A stretch of DNA of 10,754 bases, taken from the IMG/VR virus record IMGVR_UViG_2671180710_000029. The stretch is one strand, 5' to 3'. This stretch comes from a virus. Its lineage: Duplodnaviria > Heunggongvirae > Uroviricota > Caudoviricetes. Below the pieces are notes generated by a model. The model ran no database searches. It was not told where the DNA came from and saw nothing but the letters and a program-made list of their open reading frames with translations. The position numbers were made by a program, and so were the translations under genes. How positions within the stretch are numbered: position 1 is the stretch's first letter; every line of letters begins with the position of its first letter. Of this stretch, positions 1 to 10,754 are shown in pieces.

Positions 1-7
1 CATCCAA

Positions 8-40
8 CCGCAGCACGTTCTTGCTTAAGACGTGCTGCGG
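8..40. other. Perfect 11-bp inverted repeat (stem 8-18 / 30-40, 11-nt loop) downstream of the tfa stop
   Basis: Seen directly: cgcagcacgt at 9-18 pairs with acgtgctgcg at 30-39, plus a c8/g40 pair. No adjacent T-run on either strand, so not a canonical intrinsic terminator. Confidence 0.35.
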
Positions 41-54
41 CATAATCCCAATGA

Positions 55-339
55 TTACTCCCTGACAGGGTTCGTAGGCCACTCAATATCAGGTGCAGTT
101 GATGTATCAACACGGTTCAGCAACACCCAATCTTCAACGAGATGCCACGATGCCTCATCACTGTTGAAAACAGCCACAAAGCCAGCAGGAATATCTGGTG
201 GTGCAATATCGGTACTGTTTGCTGGCAGACCTGTATGAGGCGGAATATATGCGTCACCTTCACCAATAAATTCATTAGTTCCGGCCAGCAGATTATAAAT
301 TTTTATGGTCCGTGCTTGTTCACTCATTCTGAATGCCAT
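55..339 (-). CDS. tfa: Tail fiber assembly protein Tfa-like, short form (94 aa)
   Basis: [27 protein letters not shown]...[23 protein letters not shown] matches the N- and C-terminal segments of lambda Tfa (orf-194) as I recall it. Start ATG (337-339) overlaps the stf stop TAA (339-341) as TAATG. Sits immediately downstream of stf as in lambda. Confidence 0.75.
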   Translation of the reverse strand: MAFRMSEQARTIKIYNLLAGTNEFIGEGDAYIPPHTGLPANSTDIAPPDIPAGFVAVFNSDEASWHLVEDWVLLNRVDTSTAPDIEWPTNPVRE

Positions 340-3300
340 TATGCAAGCCTCACAATATAGTTAAATGCGATGTTTTTGACAGTGTTTTCCGCGTTACCAG
401 CAGCGTTAACGGTGATGGTGTGTCCATGTGAGCCAATCGCAACCGAGTGCGTATGAGCACCAATACCGACAGTATGTGCGTGTGCACCTGCAGATGCAGC
501 GGTGCCGCTGACACTATGAGTGTGCGCTCCTGCAGCACTTGTATTCACACTGGCCGCAGACACTACCTTATGTACTGACCCATTTTGTGACCACTGGCTG
601 ACTGCTGATGCGCCTGTGACACTATGAGTATGGTTTCCGGCACTTGCGGCTGTACCGCTCACACTGTGCGTATGCGCCCCGGTGTTATTCGTGGATTTAG
701 TGCCGTAATCAAACGACGATGTGGTTTTCGTCCCCAAATCCGTACTGGATGCGCTGGCGCTGTGGGTGTGCGATTTAATGCCGTCCTGTTCCTGAGACAA
801 TACGGCCCGACCACTGGCAGGTTTGCCCTTAATCGTCCAGCTACGCATATCAGGGATCAGGCCTGACGGATAAGCGGCTGCAAGTTTCGGGTATGCAGAT
901 TTGTCAAAAGTCTGCCCCTGCATCAGGGCATAACCAGACGGAACGGTATCTGATGGCCACGGGATTGGTGCACCGACTGGATAAAACTCTGCAGGAGGAT
1001 GAGCCGAGGTGTAAAGCTGCGCCCACGGCGACCAGTTTGCGTCGGTCGTATCCCGTCGTGAACGAATAAATGCCGGAGCATGAGCACCGCTTGTACCACT
1101 CCAGCCGATGAGTAACTCACCTTCGCCAACGGCTGTCATCCCTTTCAGGTGAATGATATTTCCATACGTTGTTGGATATCCGTTGTTATACACCTCGTAT
1201 AACTCAAGACCTGCTGCCCCCTGCGTATTGTCTGTCAGCGCGGCTACCCGACCTTTTGAAGCCAGATTAACTGATGATACTGCTGTTCCACCTGACGGTA
1301 GCGCCCCGATCTCTGATGCCGTTGGCTTATTTCTGGAGTTATAGTCCCTTCGCCAGCCAGGTGAATAATCTGTTCCGTGATTAATATAGGTAAACAGGGC
1401 GTTGGTTGTTCCGCCACCGCTGGATGTGGTCGGAGTGGTAATGCGGATCGTCATCGCTGACTTTATCCCCATTACTTCAATGACAGCTCCGGCGAGATGA
1501 ATATTACCGCAGCCAGTATCAGTAATGATTTTATTATTGCCATAAGACCAGGAACCCTTGCACATCCAGTATGGATGGTTAAATGCTCCCTGAGAATCCA
1601 GCCACTCGATAAACTGTGCAGTCGTCCAGTTTCCTGTTGTTGTGCTTACTGACCCACCGAAGGCACGGCAGGCACCAATATTTTTCGTAAAGGTGTCTTT
1701 GCCAGGGATATCCGCACCGTTCTGATCTTTCTGCAGACGTTTCTCAGCATTGTCATTGGCTGCTTTTACTGCCTTTGGCGTTGCCGCCAGCGTTTCAGAC
1801 GTGCTGTTGGTCGTGCTGCTTAGTTGGACTATCCCTTTCTGTGCTGTCGTTGCATCCTGTGCTGTGTATTTCCCGTTAGCCAGGTCATACGCGGCCTTAA
1901 CTGCTTTTGGCGTTGCCGCCAGTGACTCGGAAGTGCTGTTGGTCGCACTGCTGAGCTGTACTATCCCCTTTTTCGTCGTGCTCGCATCCTCAAGCGCCAC
2001 GGCGGATGCAATATCCTCTGCCCGTTTTGCCGCTGTCTCAGCGCGCGTTGCTGCAGATTCCGCCGTACTTTTGCTCTGAGCTGCTGCCGTCGCACTACCA
2101 GCTGCCTCTGTCGCCTTTGTGGATGCCGTCGTGGCGCTGCCCTTCGCTGCTGACGCCTGTCTGGTCGCCTCATCTTTTGAAGCAGACGCCGATGATGCCG
2201 ATGACGCCGCCGAACTGGCGGACGATGCCGCTGCCGTTTTTGAGGATTCTGCACGGGTTTCCGACGCTTTCGCGTTCGTTTCGGATGTCTTCGCTGCGGA
2301 AGCTGACCTCGCTGCTGCCGTGGCCTGCTCAGTGGCTTCGCCAGCCTTCGTTGTGGCTGTTGAAGCGGATGATGCGGCGCTTTCTGCCGATTTTCCGGCG
2401 GCGGTGGCACTGGCTGAGGCCTGCCCGGCACTTGTTGACGCGGCACTGGCAGACGACGCAGCCGCTGTTTTTGAGCCTGCCGCAGCTGAGGCGCTCTGTC
2501 CCGCTGCCGTCTCAGAAGACCTGGCGTTCGTCTCGGACGTTTTTGCCGCCTTCGCGGAATTTCCTGCCGCCGTTGCCGAGGAAGCTGCGCTACTGGCGCT
2601 CAAGGATGCGTTCGTTTCTGATGATTTCGCTGCCTCTTTTGAGGCCGCCGCATCCCGGGCTGAGGTGGCAGCTTCTGACGCTTTCGTGATCGCGGTGGAT
2701 GCAGAAGTGGCGGCTGATTGTTCTGACGCTGCGGCATTCGTTTCTGACGTTTTCGCCGCACCGGCACTGGTAGCTGCCACGCTTTTTGAGGACTCTGCAG
2801 CGGCAGCACTTTTTGAGGCTTCAGTGGCCTTTGTTGATGCCGTTCCTGCGCTGGAAGACGCTGACTGAGCCGACGAAGCGGCCTGTCCGGCTGACGTGCT
2901 GGCTGCACGTGCTGAATCTGCAGCATCAGTCGCATGGGTTGCCGCCTCACGGGCAGATGTGCCGGCATCACTGGCTGACTTCTTCGCGGCTGCCGTGTTC
3001 TGTGCCACCACGGACGCGTTACGCGCTACCTCTTCCACCATCAGTTCAAAACGGCGCAGTGCCTCAGGACGGGCATCATCCTCCGTCATGGCACCGAGAA
3101 AATCATTCAGCGTACCGGGTCGGGAATCTTCATACACGGTGATGGTCCCGGCATGTGACGGCGGGAATCCTTCCACCAACAGAATAACGCTGTACTGACC
3201 GTACTCAACGTCCATGCTGTAACGCCCGGCTTCATCCGGATTTTCTGAGGCCAGCGTGTTCACCACCACCGTGGTGCTGTTACGTTTTGCTTTCAGCTGG

Positions 3301-3365
3301 ATTGTGCAGTTCTGTACCGGTTTTCCTGTGCCGTCTTTCAGTACACCTGAAATCTTTACTGCCAT
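339..3365 (-). CDS. stf: Side tail fiber protein Stf (mosaic; ~1008 aa from the ATG at 3365; the track's GTG at 3371 is an alternative start)
   Basis: N-terminus [26 protein letters not shown]... matches lambda Stf. Long Ala/Ser/Thr-rich region with recurring AAKTSETNA-type units. Conserved [15 protein letters not shown](S/T)[10 protein letters not shown] fibre motif present twice. C-terminal GAPIPWPSD...HTHS.../[22 protein letters not shown] His-x-His repeats typical of T4 gp37/lambda Stf distal tips. GGGGTG Shine-Dalgarno-like sequence lies just upstream of the ATG at 3365. Confidence 0.9.
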   Translation of the reverse strand: MAVKISGVLKDGTGKPVQNCTIQLKAKRNSTTVVVNTLASENPDEAGRYSMDVEYGQYSVILLVEGFPPSHAGTITVYEDSRPGTLNDFLGAMTEDDARPEALRRFELMVEEVARNASVVAQNTAAAKKSASDAGTSAREAATHATDAADSARAASTSAGQAASSAQSASSSAGTASTKATEASKSAAAAESSKSVAATSAGAAKTSETNAAASEQSAATSASTAITKASEAATSARDAAASKEAAKSSETNASLSASSAASSATAAGNSAKAAKTSETNARSSETAAGQSASAAAGSKTAAASSASAASTSAGQASASATAAGKSAESAASSASTATTKAGEATEQATAAARSASAAKTSETNAKASETRAESSKTAAASSASSAASSASSASASKDEATRQASAAKGSATTASTKATEAAGSATAAAQSKSTAESAATRAETAAKRAEDIASAVALEDASTTKKGIVQLSSATNSTSESLAATPKAVKAAYDLANGKYTAQDATTAQKGIVQLSSTTNSTSETLAATPKAVKAANDNAEKRLQKDQNGADIPGKDTFTKNIGACRAFGGSVSTTTGNWTTAQFIEWLDSQGAFNHPYWMCKGSWSYGNNKIITDTGCGNIHLAGAVIEVMGIKSAMTIRITTPTTSSGGGTTNALFTYINHGTDYSPGWRRDYNSRNKPTASEIGALPSGGTAVSSVNLASKGRVAALTDNTQGAAGLELYEVYNNGYPTTYGNIIHLKGMTAVGEGELLIGWSGTSGAHAPAFIRSRRDTTDANWSPWAQLYTSAHPPAEFYPVGAPIPWPSDTVPSGYALMQGQTFDKSAYPKLAAAYPSGLIPDMRSWTIKGKPASGRAVLSQEQDGIKSHTHSASASSTDLGTKTTSSFDYGTKSTNNTGAHTHSVSGTAASAGNHTHSVTGASAVSQWSQNGSVHKVVSAASVNTSAAGAHTHSVSGTAASAGAHAHTVGIGAHTHSVAIGSHGHTITVNAAGNAENTVKNIAFNYIVRLA
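1760..1980 (-). repeat. Imperfect tandem duplication (period 132 bp, 2 copies) inside stf, encoding the [25 protein letters not shown] motif twice
   Basis: ggcgttgccgccag occurs at 1777-1790 and again at 1909-1922, with similar flanks (gtgctgttggtcg..ctgct..g..actatccc). The protein shows the motif twice, 44 residues apart. Confidence 0.7.
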
Positions 3366-3375
3366 ATTCACCCCA

Positions 3376-3402
3376 CAAAAAAGCCCGCCTGAACCGGCGG
3401 GC
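3376..3402 (-). terminator. Putative rho-independent terminator downstream of lom
   Basis: Minus strand reads GCCCGCC-ggttca-GGCGGGC followed by TTTTTT (plus-strand stem arms 3383-3389 and 3396-3402, A-run 3376-3382). Lies between the lom stop (3430) and the stf start (3365). Confidence 0.6.
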
Positions 3403-3429
3403 TGTCATAACACTGTGTTACCTGGCTAA

Positions 3430-4029
3430 TCAGAACTTATAACCGACACCCATGATGAAACCGTCAGTGCGCCAGTCGCCACTGCCGGAGCCTTCATAAG
3501 CAATATCAATGGCCACGGATTCGGTCGGGTTAAACTGCACGCCAGCTCCCCACGCCAGAGACGTGTTGCTGTGGCGACCGTCATCACTTCCGGTCAGCAC
3601 GTCGTGCGTTTTCCCCTTGTTGTCAGTTACGCGGAGATAATCCCCGGAGAAAGTCGACACACGGCTGTAAGCCACACCCGCCATCGCATACGCGCTGAAC
3701 CATTCATTCACGCGCACAGACGGCCCCACCATCACGCTGAACCAGCGGTTACGAACGGAATCTTCATGCCAGCGGGTATCGCTGTAACGGGTCAGCTGGC
3801 GATTCTTGTCTCCTGCATAGCTGAATGACGTCACCAGCCCCAGTGTGTCCGTAAACTCATAACGGTATTTCACGTTAATCCCGTTCAGATCATCGCTGCC
3901 GGGAACGTTCGTCGAGGCATGAAGATACCCCGCGCTCAGCGTGGACTGATGTTCAGACGCCCATGCAGGCGCACCGGATACGGCCAGACAAATGGCTGCG
4001 GACAAAATGGCGGCATAAAGTTTACGCAT
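3430..4029 (-). CDS. lom: Outer membrane protein Lom (Ail/PagC/OmpX-family 8-strand beta-barrel), 199 aa
   Basis: Matches lambda Lom from memory. N-terminal signal peptide MRKLYAAILSAAICLAVSGAPAWA; alternating aromatic/hydrophobic beta-strand pattern; C-terminal ...GVGYKF with terminal Phe typical of outer-membrane barrels. GAGAGG Shine-Dalgarno-like sequence upstream of the ATG. Confidence 0.9.
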   Translation of the reverse strand: MRKLYAAILSAAICLAVSGAPAWASEHQSTLSAGYLHASTNVPGSDDLNGINVKYRYEFTDTLGLVTSFSYAGDKNRQLTRYSDTRWHEDSVRNRWFSVMVGPSVRVNEWFSAYAMAGVAYSRVSTFSGDYLRVTDNKGKTHDVLTGSDDGRHSNTSLAWGAGVQFNPTESVAIDIAYEGSGSGDWRTDGFIMGVGYKF

Positions 4030-4050
4030 AATTACCTCTCGCTTTTCTGC

Positions 4051-4077
4051 AATAAAAAAGGCGTCATTTCTGACGCC
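4051..4077 (-). terminator. Putative rho-independent terminator between J and lom
   Basis: Minus strand reads GGCGTCA-gaaa-TGACGCC followed by TTTTTTATT (plus-strand stem arms 4060-4066 and 4071-4077, A-run 4054-4059). Confidence 0.65.
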
Positions 4078-4095
4078 CGTTATGGGTTATAAAAT

Positions 4096-7497
<3,402 letters not shown>

Positions 7498-7516
7498 TCA
7501 TGCTCCATAAACGATA

Positions 7517-7536
7517 AAACCGCCCGGAGGCGGTTT
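7517..7536 (-). other. Hairpin in the I-J intergenic spacer (8-bp stem AAACCGCC/GGCGGTTT, 4-nt loop), followed on the minus strand by a U-rich stretch and the J ribosome-binding site
   Basis: Seen directly in the 60-nt gap between the I stop (7555-7557) and the J start (7494). Confidence 0.35.
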
Positions 7537-7554
7537 CACATAAAACATTTTGCA

Positions 7555-8226
7555 TCAGCGACCAATCACCACAACCTGACCACCATCCCCTTCGTCTGCC
7601 GTGCTGATCTCCTGAGAAACCACGCGTGACCCCACGCGCATTTCACCGTACAGAACCGGCAGAACATTGCCCTGGGCAACCATGTTATCCAGTGAGGAGA
7701 AATAGGTGTTCTGTTTGCCGTTATCCGTTGTCTGTGTACGGGGAGTTCTGGCTTTCGGTGCCAGCATCTGCGCCACACCACCGAGCACCATACTGGCACC
7801 GAGAGAAAACAGGATGCCGGTCATACCTCCGGCCCCAATGGCTGCCCCCCATGCTGCAAGGGTGGCTCCGGCGGTAAAGAATGATCCGGCAATGGCGGCA
7901 GCCCCCAGGACAATCTGGAATATGCCACCTGACTTGGCCCCGGCGACTCTGGGAACAATATGAATCACAGCGCCATCAGGCAGAGTCTCATGTAACTGCG
8001 CCGTTAACCCGGACGTGCTGACGTCCCGCCCGGCAATCCGTACCTGATACCAGCCGTCGCTCAGTTTCTGACGAAACACCGGGAGCTGTGTGGCCAGTGC
8101 GCGGATGGCTTCAGCCCCCGTTTTCACACGAAGGTCGATGCGGCGGCCAAATCGTTGCAAATCCCCGTAAAGGCAGATGCGCGCCATGCCCGATGACGCC
8201 AGAGGGAGTGTGTGCGTCGCTGCCAT
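7555..8226 (-). CDS. I: Tail tip assembly protein I (223 aa)
   Basis: Matches lambda gpI from memory: MAATHTLPLASSGMARICLYGDLQRFG... with a C-terminal Gly/Ala-rich hydrophobic segment. The 5' end overlaps the 3' end of K by 103 nt in a different frame, as in lambda. Confidence 0.9.
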   Translation of the reverse strand: MAATHTLPLASSGMARICLYGDLQRFGRRIDLRVKTGAEAIRALATQLPVFRQKLSDGWYQVRIAGRDVSTSGLTAQLHETLPDGAVIHIVPRVAGAKSGGIFQIVLGAAAIAGSFFTAGATLAAWGAAIGAGGMTGILFSLGASMVLGGVAQMLAPKARTPRTQTTDNGKQNTYFSSLDNMVAQGNVLPVLYGEMRVGSRVVSQEISTADEGDGGQVVVIGR

Positions 8227-8867
8227 TTGTCGGTATACCTCTCTCGTTTGCTCAGTTGTTCAGGAATATGGTGCAGCAGCTCGCCATCACCACAGTAAAT
8301 GGCGGCATGATTCGGCACCGATGAACCAAAACAGCACAGCAGCACATCGCCCGGTTGTGCTGATGACAACGGCACCTGATACAGCCCTGTGGCCTCCAGA
8401 TTATCCAGATAGAGATTCTGACCGTGACGCCACCAGTCATCCTCGCGATGAAAATCCGGCATCTCAATCCCCGCCAGATGATAAGCATCCCGGAACAGCG
8501 TGTAACAGTCCGTCACCCCGTGCTCAAAGCGCCGCCCGGTGAGATGCGGCACACAGCGGAACTTATGAATCGTCCCCCGGCAGACCAGCCACCACGGCAA
8601 ATCACTCTGCACCTGCAGCCGCCGGTCGGCCTCACTCAGCCAGGGCAGACCACCGGGGTGGCTGTGGACCAGCGCCACAATCTCACCCTGCATTTCTGCC
8701 TGCAGCCAGTCTTCCGGCGACATACGGAAATACGCCTCCGGCTCACCGGAGATATTCACGCAGGGGAAATATCTTTCCCCCTCCGGCGTGCTTACCACGA
8801 AGCCGCACGACTCCGCTGGCGCACATCGCCGGGCGTGCGCCAGAATCGCTGATTCTGTCTGTGTCAT
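8124..8867 (-). CDS. K: Tail tip assembly protein K (JAB/MPN-type metallopeptidase-like domain plus NlpC/P60-like domain); 247-aa ORF, with an alternative internal start at 8723 giving the classical 199-aa form
   Basis: Matches lambda K from memory. JAMM signature H-x-H-x7-S-x2-D seen as HSHPGGLPWLSEAD (nt 8625-8666). Downstream Cys (DCYTLF) and His consistent with an NlpC/P60-like fold. The ATG at 8865-8867 lies 5 nt after the L stop. Confidence 0.85.
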   Translation of the reverse strand: MTQTESAILAHARRCAPAESCGFVVSTPEGERYFPCVNISGEPEAYFRMSPEDWLQAEMQGEIVALVHSHPGGLPWLSEADRRLQVQSDLPWWLVCRGTIHKFRCVPHLTGRRFEHGVTDCYTLFRDAYHLAGIEMPDFHREDDWWRHGQNLYLDNLEATGLYQVPLSSAQPGDVLLCCFGSSVPNHAAIYCGDGELLHHIPEQLSKRERYTDKWQRRTHSLWRHRAWRASAFTGICNDLAAASTFV

Positions 8868-8872
8868 GGGAT

Positions 8873-9571
8873 TTACTGCGAAAGTTTGTTAATGGAAAGG
8901 AAGCCGCCAAAGTTGCCGACGTTATTGCGGAACTTACAACCGCTCAGGCATTTGCTGCATTTATCCTTCGTGATATCGGACGTCGGCTGGTCATATTCAT
9001 CCGCGACCGCCGGACCGTGATAACCGCACTCATCGCCGCGATAGGTCCAGGTGCAGGTGTTGGCCAGCATGATACGTCCCGGAAAAACAGCGCCATCCGT
9101 TTCCGTCGGCGTGGACAGTACAAAGGAGGCACTCACCGCGCTCAGTTCGCTGCACTGCTCGATGCGCCAGCGGCTGATCACCTCCTGCTCCGGATCGGCG
9201 TCGCTGTTTCCGTTGACGAAGTTCACCGCATCCAGAAAACGGGCGTAAACCTTACGCCGGACCACCGTTCCGCCGACCAAACTCTGCAGATCTTCCGCCA
9301 TCCCGGTGACCATACCGTACAGGTTAGAAACCGTCAGCGTGGGGCGCGTACTGGTGCCTTTGCCATTCAGTTCAAGACCACTCCCCTGAATGGGATATGG
9401 CTGATACTGTCGCCCCTGCCAGGTGACCGGCTCACCTTTTTCGTTCTGCTCATTACAGAAAAAATAACGTTCTCCACCGACCTCTGTCAGGTCGATTTCC
9501 CATAGCACCACGCTGGCCGACTGCTCCGCACGGGTGCATTCATTCAGTGTTTCCTGCCGGATATCCTGCAT
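8873..9571 (-). CDS. L: Minor tail tip protein L (232 aa)
   Basis: Matches lambda gpL from memory: MQDIRQETLNECTRAEQSASVVLWEIDLTEVGGERYFFCNEQNEKGEPVTWQGRQYQPYPIQGSG... with a Cys-rich C-terminus (CTWTYRGDEC, CSKCLSGC). Start ATG overlaps the M stop as TGATG. Confidence 0.95.
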   Translation of the reverse strand: MQDIRQETLNECTRAEQSASVVLWEIDLTEVGGERYFFCNEQNEKGEPVTWQGRQYQPYPIQGSGLELNGKGTSTRPTLTVSNLYGMVTGMAEDLQSLVGGTVVRRKVYARFLDAVNFVNGNSDADPEQEVISRWRIEQCSELSAVSASFVLSTPTETDGAVFPGRIMLANTCTWTYRGDECGYHGPAVADEYDQPTSDITKDKCSKCLSGCKFRNNVGNFGGFLSINKLSQ

Positions 9572-9900
9572 CAGTTCACCACCTGTTCAAACTCTGCGCT
9601 GAACTCAACACGCAGCATACTGACCCGCGACGACCATTTTGCGCAGGTCACCTTTATCTGCCGCCACTCATAAGGCGGCGTCCACAGAAAGGCTTTCCAG
9701 CCCCCGTGCTCTTCCAGAAACGACTCCAGTACCGTGGCCTCCTCACGGGGGACAGAAAGCGTCACGCTGTACGTTTTCAGGTTGGCATTCAGCCCGGCAG
9801 GCGCTCGCTGGGAATAGCCATCACCAAAGCGCACCTTTCTTACAGAAGGGGACGAAGCCACATCCATACCGGGTTTCACTTTCCAGCGGAAGGTTTTCAT
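9571..9900 (-). CDS. M: Minor tail protein M (109 aa)
   Basis: Matches lambda gpM from memory: MKTFRWKVKPGMDVASSPSVRKVRFGDGYSQRAPAGLNANLKTYSVTLSVPREEA... Start ATG overlaps the H stop as ATGA. Confidence 0.95.
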   Translation of the reverse strand: MKTFRWKVKPGMDVASSPSVRKVRFGDGYSQRAPAGLNANLKTYSVTLSVPREEATVLESFLEEHGGWKAFLWTPPYEWRQIKVTCAKWSSRVSMLRVEFSAEFEQVVN

Positions 9901-10754
9901 CGTCCACCTCCGGAGAACAGACCACCATCGCGCATCTGCCCGGTCACAACATCCATTGCCGCCTTACGGGCTACGTCATAAACAGCCTTCAGTGCCTGTG
10001 GCCCTATCTGACCGTTCGTGCCGTCGTTGTTAATCACCACATGGTTATTCTGCTCAAACGTCCCGGACGCCTGCGACCGGCTGTCAGCCAGACTGCCCGG
10101 TGTACCGACATAACCACCGGTGGCATAGCCGCGCATCAGCCGGTAGAGATTCCCCACGCCAATCCGGCTGGTTGCCTCCTTCGTGAAGACAAATTCACCA
10201 CGGTGAACAATCCCCGCTGGCTCATATTTGCCGCCGGTTCCTGTGAATCCTCCGGTTGCAAAATGGAATTTCGCCGCAGCGGCCTGAATGGCTGTACCGC
10301 CTGACGCGGATGCGCCGCCACCAACAGCCCCGCCAATGGCGCTGCCGATACTCCCGACAATCCCCACCATTGCCTGCTTAAGCAGAATTTCTGTCATCAT
10401 GGACAGCACGGAACGGGTGAAGCTGCGCCAGTTCTGCTCACTGCCGGTCAGCATCGCTGCCATATTCTGTGCAATACCATCAAAGGTCTGCGTGGCTGCA
10501 CTTTTTACCTGCGACATACTGTCCGTGGCGCTCTCTTCCCACTCACTCCAGCCGGACTTCAGGCCTGCCATCCAGCTCCCGCGAAGCTGGTCTTCAGCCG
10601 CCCAGGTCTTTTTCTGCTCTGACATGACGTTATTCAGCGCCAGCGGATTATCGCCATACTGTTCCTTCAGGCGCTGTTCCGTGGCTTCCCGTTCTGCCTG
10701 CCGGTCAGTCAGCCCCCGGCTTTTCGCATCAATGGCGGCCCGTTTTGCCCGTTG
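9897..10754 (-). CDS. H: Tail tape measure protein H, C-terminal part (5'-truncated by the window edge)
   Basis: C-terminal sequence ...NNVMSEQKKTWAAEDQLRGSWMAGLKSGWSEWEES...MRDGGLFSGGGR matches lambda gpH. The reading frame stays open upstream of the track's Met (10625) to nt 10754; I translated ...TEQRLKEQYGDNPLALNNV directly from the sequence. Confidence 0.95.
   Translation of the reverse strand, partial: QRAKRAAIDAKSRGLTDRQAEREATEQRLKEQYGDNPLALNNVMSEQKKTWAAEDQLRGSWMAGLKSGWSEWEESATDSMSQVKSAATQTFDGIAQNMAAMLTGSEQNWRSFTRSVLSMMTEILLKQAMVGIVGSIGSAIGGAVGGGASASGGTAIQAAAAKFHFATGGFTGTGGKYEPAGIVHRGEFVFTKEATSRIGVGNLYRLMRGYATGGYVGTPGSLADSRSQASGTFEQNNHVVINNDGTNGQIGPQALKAVYDVARKAAMDVVTGQMRDGGLFSGGGR

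Noticed and set aside
339-3000. Diversity-generating retroelement, shufflon or invertible tail fiber segment (Gin/Pin/Cin-type)
   Set aside because: No reverse transcriptase or invertase gene, no template/variable repeat pair, and no alternative fibre C-termini in inverted orientation are present in the window. The only internal repeats are direct, in-frame coding repeats.
1750-3198. Plus-strand ORFs of 100-250 aa (1750-2079, 2006-2689, 2119-2868, 2786-3142, 2896-3198) and minus-strand ORFs 1961-2446 and 2600-2971
   Set aside because: These are artefacts of the repetitive GCN-rich DNA that encodes the Ala/Ser/Thr-rich Stf shaft. Any frame of such sequence stays open, and the products are extreme low-complexity (poly-Ala/Asp or poly-Arg/Gln/Pro).
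339-3371. Possibility that stf is frameshifted or split as in laboratory lambda (orf-401/orf-314)
   Set aside because: A single uninterrupted reading frame runs from the lambda-like N-terminus through to the gp37-like tip, so the fibre gene appears intact here.
7566-9505. Short ORFs on either strand overlapping I, K and L (e.g. 7566-7799 minus, 7626-7963 plus, 8177-8542 plus, 8252-8488 minus, 8424-8852 plus, 8861-9505 plus, 8944-9132 minus)
   Set aside because: They are embedded in or antisense to strongly supported tail genes, have no independent signals, and their translations look random.
9897-10754. G/GT-type programmed frameshift site
   Set aside because: In lambda that site lies upstream of H, in the G/T chaperone genes, which would be beyond the high-coordinate end of this window. 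Only the 3' part of H is present.

Overview
The whole window is the distal end of a lambdoid (phage lambda-like) late/tail operon, with every gene on the minus strand. Reading in the direction of transcription (high to low coordinates) the order is: 3' part of the tape-measure gene H (runs off the window end), then M, L, K, I, J (central tail fiber), the outer-membrane moron lom bracketed by two intrinsic-terminator-like hairpins, a large mosaic side tail fiber gene (stf), and a short tail-fiber-assembly gene (tfa). H, M, L, K, I and lom match my memory of the lambda proteins closely; the C-terminal end of J, the whole of stf and tfa do not, so this is a lambda relative and not lambda itself. 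I see no rRNA, tRNA, CRISPR array, integrase, transposase, or recognisable defence or toxin-antitoxin cassette, and I do not find a previously undescribed system here. The parts worth a second look are the host-range determinants: the divergent J tip, the 1008-aa mosaic Stf with an internal 132-bp tandem duplication and an uncharacterised central domain, and a Tfa about half the canonical length. All homology calls are from memory of lambda proteins, not from a database search. All long plus-strand ORFs in the track are antisense to these genes and I treat them as artefacts.
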